A stretch of 64,000 bases of DNA, from IMG/VR virus record IMGVR_UViG_3300034066_002191; one strand, 5' to 3'. Below are positions 27,227 through 36,068 of this stretch, piece by piece (position 1 is the first letter of the stretch; the number at the start of each line of letters is the position of its first letter). Under the pieces are notes generated by a model that was not told where the DNA came from, did not search any database, and was given only the letters and a program-made list of their open reading frames with translations. A program made the translations under genes and the position numbers. Source of the DNA: a virus.

Positions 27227-27640
27227 TCACTTGAATGGTCTGTTTAATTGGTGGTGCTGTTGCATCTCTGATGGAGTCCACCAACCGGATGCCAAGGAAG
27301 ACAATGCTCCAGTCAGTACTACAAGAAGAACACCACAACCAACAGTCATCCATTTAATTTTATTAATTTCTTGTACTTTTTCTTCTATTGATTCTATTCT
27401 TCTTATGACTTGGGTATGATCTTTGTGATTATCTGCTTTAACATCATCTATCATTTTCACAATGATATTATCAGATTTATTACATTGTTCTATTCTTTCA
27501 TCGTGCACAGCTAACATTTTCATTATATTAGAATTGACTTCACTTAATTTTTCAATGGCGTCATCTAACTTATGTACTATATTAGAAAAGTCTAATAACT
27601 TTTGCTCTAGAACTGCTAACTTTACTGCTTCTTCTGACAT
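27227..27640 (-). CDS. coiled-coil protein with C-terminal TM
   Basis: LAVLEQK..MLAVHDERI, then a hydrophobic helix. Confidence 0.75.
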   Translation of the reverse strand: MSEEAVKLAVLEQKLLDFSNIVHKLDDAIEKLSEVNSNIMKMLAVHDERIEQCNKSDNIIVKMIDDVKADNHKDHTQVIRRIESIEEKVQEINKIKWMTVGCGVLLVVLTGALSSLASGWWTPSEMQQHHQLNRPFK

Positions 27641-27707
27641 GTTAGTGAATTTTAATTTTTCTCTGTCTTTAATCCACCAACAAATGAATTATACTAATAT
27701 TTATATT

Positions 27708-27941
27708 TTACAAGAGCCCCATTGACTTTAACCACTTTTCGTATTTCTGGTGATATTGTTTTGTTCTCTTATCAACTAAACCACCTATAGTTCTGCGAAA
27801 CATTCCCAATTCTGCTTTTGGGTCAAACCCGGCTGTTGGTCCTTCATTTGGAGAACTTCCGCTAAATGCTCCTCCCTGTCCTGGAGCATTTGCTACCATG
27901 TTTTCTCTTACAATTTGGATTACTCTGTCTAACTTACTCAT
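27708..27941 (-). CDS. hypothetical protein
   Basis: ORF from MSKLDRV. Confidence 0.7.
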   Translation of the reverse strand: MSKLDRVIQIVRENMVANAPGQGGAFSGSSPNEGPTAGFDPKAELGMFRRTIGGLVDKRTKQYHQKYEKWLKSMGLL

Positions 27942-28314
27942 TTGTAATTTTTTCCAATTCTTGTGCACAAAAAATATCTATTGGAATGTCATGTATATAC
28001 CCTCTTGGATACTCAGGCAGTTTATTCAAAAAGACTACAAAAGTTTTCATGTAAGGCCATAAATCATTATCAATTTTAAAAAACAACATTGGAGTAGTTG
28101 CTTCCCCAAATATATTATAAAGAATCACAAAATGGTTAATTAACAGGTGCGTTTTTAACACACCTGTATTTTTATACCTTCTGAATAATCTTTTTATATA
28201 TTTAAAATGATTTAAATCTCTATCAAAATCTTCTTTGGTCACTGCCTGAGGATTTTCATAATTTTTAATCGCAAATAAGAGAAAATTTTCCTCATTCAGT
28301 TCAGTAAACAGCAT
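27934..28314 (-). CDS. conserved T4-like hypothetical protein
   Basis: FAIKNYENP..HLLINH..LYNIFG. Confidence 0.8.
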   Translation of the reverse strand: MLFTELNEENFLLFAIKNYENPQAVTKEDFDRDLNHFKYIKRLFRRYKNTGVLKTHLLINHFVILYNIFGEATTPMLFFKIDNDLWPYMKTFVVFLNKLPEYPRGYIHDIPIDIFCAQELEKITNE

Positions 28315-28320
28315 GTAATA

Positions 28321-29082
28321 TCAAGCTAATGGATTTGAATCGTATAATGGGGTGTTTCCAGTTTGAATTCCAGACATTGCCACTAGGGTCTCAGTTTTAA
28401 CTCTAAGACTACCAGATGCGTCAATATATGTAGTCATCCCAACCCAACCAGCATGAGTTAGTGCATATGAAGTTGTTTGCGCAGAATCTAGTCCTGCGCC
28501 AGCAACACCATAGACTGAAGAATTCTGCTCTCCTGTCAATCTTGTAACAGTCACTTGAGCGCCAGATGCAATTGCAACATTAATTGTAGATGCAAGAGAA
28601 ACAATGGAGCCAGTAACTGAAGCTACTGACCTTGATACGGTACCACTAGCTAATGTATCTCCAGTCTGTATACCAGAAACTGAAACTAGAGTTACTTTAT
28701 CTGAGCCAATACCAGAAGTAGCTGCAGCTGATGTTCTAACAACTAGTGTTGTTTCTGCCGCTGATTGTGTTTTTTGAGTATATACACTGTCCCAAGTAGT
28801 ATACTTTGGCAGTTCACTTATATCAAATTGAACTCCAGAAATACTTGCACCACTAAGAGCAGAAGTAGAAGCAATGGAAAGTTGAGTAGTACTAGCAATC
28901 CCAACAATAATCGCATCACCAAAGTAACTGTTAGGTCTTGTGCCAAAACGAATTATATCTCCAATTGCAGCAGCACCAACTTGACCAAAAGTAGTTCCGC
29001 TACCGGTTACAACAAGAGTAGCGTAATCTAAAGATACTGTACCACCAGATCCTTTAGCATCATTATTTCCCCAGAGTGCCAT
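28321..29082 (-). CDS. virion structural protein (MALWG family)
   Basis: MALWG start, HAGWVG..RVKTETLVAMS; TATAAATA at 29122-29115. Confidence 0.75.
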   Translation of the reverse strand: MALWGNNDAKGSGGTVSLDYATLVVTGSGTTFGQVGAAAIGDIIRFGTRPNSYFGDAIIVGIASTTQLSIASTSALSGASISGVQFDISELPKYTTWDSVYTQKTQSAAETTLVVRTSAAATSGIGSDKVTLVSVSGIQTGDTLASGTVSRSVASVTGSIVSLASTINVAIASGAQVTVTRLTGEQNSSVYGVAGAGLDSAQTTSYALTHAGWVGMTTYIDASGSLRVKTETLVAMSGIQTGNTPLYDSNPLA

Positions 29083-29173
29083 GTCTTTTTTCCGTAAAGA
29101 TTATTTTATATGAATATTTATAAAAAAAGAGACCTACTAAGAAGGTCTCTTTTTAATTTATGTTAGCAAAAAA

Positions 29174-29344
29174 TCAGCAATTTTTTAGAAGTGCAGTTCT
29201 TACTGTTCCTGCAATTACATCATCAATATCGTTATCAGTTGTTTTTACATAACGCTCAAGTAGTTCTACTACAAGACGCTTAGTATGACAAGAGTTCAAT
29301 GCAGCAATAAGAAGTGGCTTTACGACCTCTACTAATACTCCCAT
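29174..29344 (-). CDS. hypothetical protein (56 aa, MGVLVEVVKP...TTDNDIDD)
   Basis: Translated by hand; SD AGGAGG. Confidence 0.7.
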   Translation of the reverse strand: MGVLVEVVKPLLIAALNSCHTKRLVVELLERYVKTTDNDIDDVIAGTVRTALLKNC

Positions 29345-29385
29345 AATGTCCTCCTTTGTAATTTTTGGATAGTATCCAAAAATAT

Positions 29386-29805
29386 TTAGGAATTAACAAC
29401 ACTTTGACGATAATAATCTATAAATTCTTTCAATCTTAGAGAAAGTTGTCTTGTTTTTGGCTTTGGTAATTTTGAACTTTTTTCTGGTTTTTTCAATTTT
29501 GGTTTCTTGTGCGGCTTAACCTTCAAATCTTTTGGGGCAGGAAATTCTGGAATCCACTTTTGAACATATTGTTTTGGCGTGGAAGAAACTTGCTTTTGTG
29601 GTTTTGGAGTTTGTTCAGTTTCTGGTGCAACAGTGACATATGAAACCCCCCCACCAGTTTTCTGTATTGGAGAACGATCTCTTCTAGTACTAACTCTAGC
29701 TCTTTCTGCTGGAGTTAGCACATCTCTTCCTTGTGGTCTGGGCCTAGATCCAGAAATATTTGCCTCATCAATTCTCGAAAGAAGTTGATTAAATGTTATT
29801 GACAT
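29386..29805 (-). CDS. basic Pro/Lys-rich late protein
   Basis: ORF coupled to the upstream gene. Confidence 0.65.
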   Translation of the reverse strand: MSITFNQLLSRIDEANISGSRPRPQGRDVLTPAERARVSTRRDRSPIQKTGGGVSYVTVAPETEQTPKPQKQVSSTPKQYVQKWIPEFPAPKDLKVKPHKKPKLKKPEKSSKLPKPKTRQLSLRLKEFIDYYRQSVVNS

Positions 29806-29807
29806 TT

Positions 29808-31079
29808 TCAATTTTCAACTTTTTTAGGTAGACCTTTATGTGAAGTTTTCGCGTATTTGCGAATCTGAGCTTCACTCATTTCATCTACAATATCAAGAAC
29901 TTGTTGACTAACTTCAGATCTTGAAGTTTCTCCTCGTTTAACAGAAAGTGCCAAACCAAAAATCTTCTGTTGTTGCTTGCTTTCTGCTTTCTCTAAAAGA
30001 AATAATTCAATTTCTTCTCTGACTCCGCCAGGGCCAACACCTCTAGTAATCCCCCTGAGAAATGTCCCAGCTGCAGTACCAGCAGCACCAGCACCCGATG
30101 CTCCCCTTTCTCTCGCTTTCTTGGCTGCTCCAGCAGCTTCAACACCGGATAATACAGTTCTTGCCAGATCTCGTTTTCCTCTCTTGACTACATCAGATAA
30201 TGCAGTTCTTAATGTTTCTTTTGTCTCTGGAGATGTGACAAATTTTTTAACCTTTTGTGCCGCATTTTCAAATCCTTTTGGTTTAGTTTGAGATGGTACT
30301 GCAGCACTAACGGACTTATTTCCTTTGTCCACAGTAACTTTTTGCGCAGCAGTTGGCTTCTTTTTGGCTGCTTCTCTAGCATCAATTTCTGCTTTTATTT
30401 CTTCATAAGATTTTCCGCCCTTTCTTTTCTTAGCTGCTCTTGCTTCGGTCAAAATAAGATCTTCCGAGACACAGAAGACATATTCAATAAATTTATCCAC
30501 TCCGAGATCTTGAATTACCATCTGAAGTCCCTCTTCATTCAAACCCTGCTCATAAAAATACTCGGTGGCAATGTCGATAATTTCATCAACATATTCTTCA
30601 GTCAACTCTACACTTTCGCCTATATTAACATTAGGGTTAATATCTACTTTATTGGCAATACCAGAACGCTCTTTGATTTGTCTCTGCTTTGCATCTTCGA
30701 TATCTGATTCGACATCTCCTACTTTTTCATATAAATCATACCTCCAATCAGAATATGATTCATCCATTTTTTTCTTTTTTCTTTTTGGTGGATCTCCGTC
30801 TGGGGTGCGTCCCATAGCTCTTTGTATTGCATTATGCCTTGATCCAAGAAATTCGTCTTCTCCACTTTCTACTTTGCCATCTTCATCATAATCAGCGTCT
30901 GCTTCATCACCATCGTCATCATCATTATCTTTCTCATCTTCATCGTCATTCTTCATCTTCTTATTCTTTTCTTCAATATACTGAAGATATTCATCCCTTT
31001 CTGAGACCACAAGACCAGAAACAGATTCCAAGTAAATCTGCTTCATTTCATTTAGACTTTCTACAATACGTTCAGACAT
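29808..31079 (-). CDS. modular late protein, putative internal head protein
   Basis: Acidic DxDxDG segment, LTE motifs, C-terminal SKQQQK..KRGE..KGLPKKV (DUF3008-like). Confidence 0.7.
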   Translation of the reverse strand: MSERIVESLNEMKQIYLESVSGLVVSERDEYLQYIEEKNKKMKNDDEDEKDNDDDDGDEADADYDEDGKVESGEDEFLGSRHNAIQRAMGRTPDGDPPKRKKKKMDESYSDWRYDLYEKVGDVESDIEDAKQRQIKERSGIANKVDINPNVNIGESVELTEEYVDEIIDIATEYFYEQGLNEEGLQMVIQDLGVDKFIEYVFCVSEDLILTEARAAKKRKGGKSYEEIKAEIDAREAAKKKPTAAQKVTVDKGNKSVSAAVPSQTKPKGFENAAQKVKKFVTSPETKETLRTALSDVVKRGKRDLARTVLSGVEAAGAAKKARERGASGAGAAGTAAGTFLRGITRGVGPGGVREEIELFLLEKAESKQQQKIFGLALSVKRGETSRSEVSQQVLDIVDEMSEAQIRKYAKTSHKGLPKKVEN

Positions 31080-31106
31080 TTGTATAAATTCTTAAAACCT
31101 ATACAG

Positions 31107-32330
31107 TTATTTATTGTTTAAACTCTTTCTATATTTTTTAATAAAATTTTTAATTTTTTTAGTATCGCTCATACGCATTGCATATTCTCTATATGGATCG
31201 GTTCCTACCAGTCTTTGATCGGCAGGAACTCCGGAAATATTAGTCCACTCTGTTAAATCTTTTATCCAAGACTTAAACATAATTCCATCTTCAGTTACGC
31301 AAATCAAATAGTTAGGACCACGACGAGTCACTTTACCAACTAAACCAGTATTTAAATTTTCTACTATATCACCAACATTAAATATTTTTTCTTGGTAGTA
31401 TTGTTCTCTCAATCCCAATAAATCTAATTTTGGTGCATATTCCCAGACTTCTTGTACTTCTTTTGGTGCTTTCTTTCCGAGCATAGTTCTCTGGACAGCA
31501 AAAAACATTGCCTGAGAGTCTTTATCTTTCATTCTTTTTGGTACTCCAGTTTTAAATGACTGGAAATTGTCGTCAACTGCGGCTTTTCTGAGTTTGGATG
31601 CCGACATACCAGAGACTCCATCGGCATCTGGATCTCTCGGACCAGCAGGAACTACATTAATCTCATCAAAAGAATATATCTGCCCATTATATTGGCCTGC
31701 CAATCTTTCAAATTCTGGTAGTCTTTCTGATCCAACAACAATATTGACTTTTTTATATCCATCTTCGTTTGCGGCAATTAAAACATCAAATATTGTTTTC
31801 ATTTTGTCATCATTAACAATGTTTTCCGTGAAATCAGGAAACATCTTTTTCATGTACTTAACTTTAGATGCTGGATCTAATGGATTCTTTTTTGTATCTT
31901 GTGTTCTTGAAGGATAGATCTTAAAATCGCCACCGGCAGCAATTTCTTTTGCTTTTTTGATGAGCTTTTCGTGACCAATTGTTGGTGGATTAAATCTACC
32001 AAAAACTACAGTTAAAGGAACTTCTTTATCTATTTCAGGTGGTGCTGGTTCTTGTTTTGGTGGCTTTATTCCTAATCTTTCCTTTGGTGAAGGAGGTGGT
32101 GCTATAGCTCTTTCTGCAGTTCTTGGTCCTTTTGGTTCTGGCTCTGGTTTTTCTGGGGATGGACTCTTTTTACGAATCATCTCCAAATCACCACCAACTG
32201 TTTGTGCTATTACCTTTCCACTTCTGTCCACCCAGTTCCCATGTCCATCAGAAGTCAGGCCAAGGCGATATGCCTTTTCTGATGCTCTGGATCCTCGAAA
32301 TTCTAATATAAATTGCGAAAACTTTTTCAT
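31107..32330 (-). CDS. HIGH-superfamily nucleotidyltransferase (cyanophage cytidyltransferase)
   Basis: FGRFNPPTIGH, VVGSER, MSASKLR. Confidence 0.88.
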   Translation of the reverse strand: MKKFSQFILEFRGSRASEKAYRLGLTSDGHGNWVDRSGKVIAQTVGGDLEMIRKKSPSPEKPEPEPKGPRTAERAIAPPPSPKERLGIKPPKQEPAPPEIDKEVPLTVVFGRFNPPTIGHEKLIKKAKEIAAGGDFKIYPSRTQDTKKNPLDPASKVKYMKKMFPDFTENIVNDDKMKTIFDVLIAANEDGYKKVNIVVGSERLPEFERLAGQYNGQIYSFDEINVVPAGPRDPDADGVSGMSASKLRKAAVDDNFQSFKTGVPKRMKDKDSQAMFFAVQRTMLGKKAPKEVQEVWEYAPKLDLLGLREQYYQEKIFNVGDIVENLNTGLVGKVTRRGPNYLICVTEDGIMFKSWIKDLTEWTNISGVPADQRLVGTDPYREYAMRMSDTKKIKNFIKKYRKSLNNK

Positions 32331-32369
32331 TCTTGTGTGGAATTCCTTACTTATTTATTTTGTATATAA

Positions 32370-32999
32370 TCAACCTCTTGGTGGATTACTATCATCACTA
32401 TATCTCGTAGATCTTCTTCTTGTGGATCTAGTTCCGGGAGCAACTGCCCTATTTGGGTCATCTGCAGTTTGAATTACAGGTTTTCCTGGTTTTATTTGAT
32501 CGCCTTTTCTGAGAATATCATAAGTTAATGGCTTTCCTTGTGAAGCTAATGGCTGTCTTCCACCTGGACCAACAAATGTTGGAGAGGCAGTTGGTCTTTT
32601 TGCTTCTGCTTCTCTACCTGCTCCTGTTGATCTATTCCTTCTCAAAATAGCATCTGCTTGTTGCCCAGTTCTTTGTTGCGCTGTAGTTTCCCTTCCTTGT
32701 CCTGGAGTAGATAAATTCATAGTTCTAGATTGTACTCTACCTCCAGAAGATGAAGCTCCTCTACTTCTTATCCCTGCTCTGATTGCAGCTGATTGATCTA
32801 CATCAGTTTGCGATATTCCCAACATCCTTCTTCTTTCTTGTGATGCTGCTCTTTTTGCGGCTCTTTCTTCCGGAGTTAATACTTCGTTTATAAGTTCACC
32901 ATACCAATCATCACTAACTACCTTTAATATTTTTAGTGCCGATACTATATCATCAGCAAATCTATTTTCTACTAGGTATTCAGCTATGTATAATTCCAT
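32370..32999 (-). CDS. late Arg-rich protein, putative internal head protein
   Basis: TATAAATA at 33032-33025; IAEYLVENRFADD domain plus basic tail. Confidence 0.68.
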   Translation of the reverse strand: MELYIAEYLVENRFADDIVSALKILKVVSDDWYGELINEVLTPEERAAKRAASQERRRMLGISQTDVDQSAAIRAGIRSRGASSSGGRVQSRTMNLSTPGQGRETTAQQRTGQQADAILRRNRSTGAGREAEAKRPTASPTFVGPGGRQPLASQGKPLTYDILRKGDQIKPGKPVIQTADDPNRAVAPGTRSTRRRSTRYSDDSNPPRG

Positions 33000-33058
33000 T
33001 ATTTTAATATTAGAACTTTTTTACTATTTATAAAAAAACCTCCCGAAGGAGGTTTAAA

Positions 33059-33235
33059 TCAAACAATAATTTTTTCCAATTCTTGATCTAATTGTACTAA
33101 GAGAGATCGAAGTCTTTCAATTCGTTCTGGAACAAATTCTTTACTATATCCCGCAGTTGACATATCTAAAACTTGAAGTAGTTCTAGTCCTGTCTTTACA
33201 TCAATTTTTAATGTTAGTTGTTTTTGTTTTGCCAT
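33059..33235 (-). CDS. hypothetical protein (58 aa, MAKQKQLTLKID...)
   Basis: Translated by hand; follows mazG; terminator at 33033-33055. Confidence 0.7.
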   Translation of the reverse strand: MAKQKQLTLKIDVKTGLELLQVLDMSTAGYSKEFVPERIERLRSLLVQLDQELEKIIV

Positions 33236-33652
33236 TCAAACATCCCCATCTTTTCGATTTTCAGAACGATATACATCAAATGTTCCTTCCGGATAACGAG
33301 CACTCAACTTTTCGTAATTCATTTGAAGAATCTCATCAAATGTAGTATCAAGTGCCATACATGCTTGAGCAAGATACCAACAAAGGTCTCCTAATTCTCG
33401 TTTCATATGAAAAACATTTTCTTCGTTATATGGTTTTCCTTGTAGAAAAATTTTCTTTACCACTTCAGTAAATTCACCTGCTTCTGCACTCAGTCCATAA
33501 GCAGCAGTCATAAGACGAGGGATATCGGCATCTTGTGCTTCCAACTCTGATAACCTAGAAAGAAGAGAAGAAAAGTCAGAACTAGCAGAACTCGTAGTTT
33601 GGCGAACAAAATCAATGTACTTGTCGTTATCAATTTTTTGATCATTTTTCAT
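33236..33652 (-). CDS. mazG: MazG nucleoside triphosphate pyrophosphohydrolase
   Basis: EAGEFTEVVKK, ELGDLCWY, KLSARYP. Confidence 0.93.
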   Translation of the reverse strand: MKNDQKIDNDKYIDFVRQTTSSASSDFSSLLSRLSELEAQDADIPRLMTAAYGLSAEAGEFTEVVKKIFLQGKPYNEENVFHMKRELGDLCWYLAQACMALDTTFDEILQMNYEKLSARYPEGTFDVYRSENRKDGDV

Positions 33653-35034
33653 CAGAAAGTAAAGCTCCTAAATTTTTGTTTGAAATCAGATTGGTGTTCC
33701 TCGTCATTATACTCTTCTTCCTGTCCGGAGTCAAGTATGTCCTTTTGTGCTGATTGATCAACATCATAAAGACGCATTTTTGACCTATCAATACCAATGA
33801 CAAATTTTTTATATGTCGATTTGTCACTGTACCTATTTTTTAGTTGCTTGACCAAAATTTGATTTAATTGCTCTAATTCATCAGTTGATATCAAAGCAAA
33901 AAGAAAATCGGCAGTCGCTGGAAGACCAAAAGACTCAGAGGTATCAGTCAATTCTGGATCAGAGGAAGCAAATCCAGATCTAGTAGTTTGTGTGGCACTC
34001 ATAATTGGAACATTAAATTCTACCGCAAGACCCCTAAGTTCTTCTGCAATAGATTTTACATATGAGTATGAGTTCACAGAAATATTTCCTTTGTACCTAC
34101 TAGATGAGCATATGTTCAAATAATCAATAAAAATCACATCAGGTTTAAATGATTTTTTAAGTGCTAGCTCATTTAATAGTGCTTTAAAGTGTCCAGCATG
34201 AGCAGATGCAGTCGGATACTCTTTAATAATCAAAGATCCCTGAGTCTTCTTTGAAATGTTATTAATTTTGCTTTCAAATGTAGATTTAGTTAGATCTTTA
34301 ATATCTTTAATGTTTACATTCATTTGATTTGCATCAATTCGCTCAGCAATTTTTTCCTCTGCCATTTCAAGCGTAATGTATAGTACATTCCGTCCTTGGA
34401 GCAAGTAGGAGCCAGCCACATGGCACATGAATAAAGATTTGCCGACATTTGTACCAGCAAGTGCGATGTTAAGAGTTTTAGGAGAGAGCCCACCATTCGT
34501 AATTTTGTTAAAGTAATCCAGATCAAATTCAAGTTTATTCTCCTTTCTATTATAATACTCATAGCGTTGATCATAATCTTGAAGGTAATCATGACCAACA
34601 TGATTATCAAAACTTACTGATAATGCATCTGATAAAATTGATGGTATGGAATCTCTGTTTTTATCTTCATTTTTACCGTCAGCAATTTGAATAGACTCCA
34701 TAAGTGCAAGATAAATTGCCCTATCTCTGCACCATTTTTCAGTAGTGTCAATCAACCACTGAAGTTCTGCTGGAGAATTATCAAAAGAATCTACAATTGA
34801 TACTATCTCTTTATAAAAAGTTTCATTTAGATCCGTTCTTTTGTCCACCTCAATTAATAATGCTTCCTTAGTAGCTGGTTTATTGTATTCATTAATGAAA
34901 GAGTATATCTCATCAAAAATAATTTTTAGATTATAATCTTGAAAATAATCCTTCCGTAAAAAAGGAAGTACTTTCCTAATGTAGTCTTCGTTGTAAATTA
35001 GATTTCTTAAAATTAAAAGCTCAATTTTTTCCAT
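33652..35034 (-). CDS. gp41: replicative helicase gp41
   Basis: AGTNVGKS, ITLEMAE, IKEYPT, IDYLNI, SESFGLP. Confidence 0.96.
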   Translation of the reverse strand: MEKIELLILRNLIYNEDYIRKVLPFLRKDYFQDYNLKIIFDEIYSFINEYNKPATKEALLIEVDKRTDLNETFYKEIVSIVDSFDNSPAELQWLIDTTEKWCRDRAIYLALMESIQIADGKNEDKNRDSIPSILSDALSVSFDNHVGHDYLQDYDQRYEYYNRKENKLEFDLDYFNKITNGGLSPKTLNIALAGTNVGKSLFMCHVAGSYLLQGRNVLYITLEMAEEKIAERIDANQMNVNIKDIKDLTKSTFESKINNISKKTQGSLIIKEYPTASAHAGHFKALLNELALKKSFKPDVIFIDYLNICSSSRYKGNISVNSYSYVKSIAEELRGLAVEFNVPIMSATQTTRSGFASSDPELTDTSESFGLPATADFLFALISTDELEQLNQILVKQLKNRYSDKSTYKKFVIGIDRSKMRLYDVDQSAQKDILDSGQEEEYNDEEHQSDFKQKFRSFTF

Positions 35035-36038
35035 TAATTACCATAACTAAATTGTGACTTTGCAATTTCATCAAGCTTTTGCATTATTTCATCAGTGAAA
35101 TGTTCTTCTGGATTTGCTAATATTTGCTTACCATATATTTTCTTTCCATTGATTTCATATCGACCAGCTTTATTTTCCCAAAGTCCGCCAAGTTCTCCAA
35201 GTTCAAGAAGCCCATAGTATCGATCTAAACCACGCTCATCATAAAACAAACGAACCTCCACATCTTTGTTTTCTTTACTTAGACGAGACTTGGCAGTTTT
35301 TGCTTTGATAATATTTCCAACAATTTCTGTTCCATCTTTTTCTTTTTTCTTACTGAGATATACGATAGTAGAAGCGGCGTACTTAAGACCACTACCACCA
35401 CCCATCTCCTTAGTAGGAACATAAGCACCGATGACATCATAAGTATGATTAGTAACAATCATTGGAATTTTTGCTTGTCCAAGTTTCAATGTAAGCATAC
35501 GAAATGCTCCTTTAATTAATTGAGATTTGGTCATGTCCCGAACTTCCTTATCATTCAGTGCATCATTAATCTCCTTACTTGTGGAAAGCATTCCCAAAGA
35601 GTCTAGCACAAACATACAAGGATTGCGTTCACCTTCAGGTTTTTTCATATACATATCTACTGCCTTGAGCGCCGTTCCACGAAACTCTTCAACAGTAACA
35701 ACATTGACAACCACAAGACGAGAAGTATCAATTCCACGAGATTCTAGAAGAGATTTAGTGATAGCAGCTTCAGTATCAAAGTAGAGACAGTAACCATTGG
35801 GATGAGTATCAAGAAAATTCTTAACAACGGCGAGCGAGAAGAAAGTTTTTCCAGTACTAGACTCTCCAGCAATAGCAGTAATCTTGTTCCCAGATACACC
35901 ACCAAATATGCTACCTGAAACCAGTGCATTAAAAATGTACGAACCTGTGTCAACATAAGTCTCAGTTTCATCAATATCAGAAGCGAGTTGCGTATACTCA
36001 CCACCAATTTCTTTTACGATGTCCTTTAAAAAATCCAT
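35034..36038 (-). CDS. uvsX: RecA-like recombinase UvsX
   Basis: GESSTGKT, FDTEAA, MGGGSG. Confidence 0.96.
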   Translation of the reverse strand: MDFLKDIVKEIGGEYTQLASDIDETETYVDTGSYIFNALVSGSIFGGVSGNKITAIAGESSTGKTFFSLAVVKNFLDTHPNGYCLYFDTEAAITKSLLESRGIDTSRLVVVNVVTVEEFRGTALKAVDMYMKKPEGERNPCMFVLDSLGMLSTSKEINDALNDKEVRDMTKSQLIKGAFRMLTLKLGQAKIPMIVTNHTYDVIGAYVPTKEMGGGSGLKYAASTIVYLSKKKEKDGTEIVGNIIKAKTAKSRLSKENKDVEVRLFYDERGLDRYYGLLELGELGGLWENKAGRYEINGKKIYGKQILANPEEHFTDEIMQKLDEIAKSQFSYGN

Positions 36039-36068
36039 AAGTTTCTCCTTAATAATTTCAATATACCA

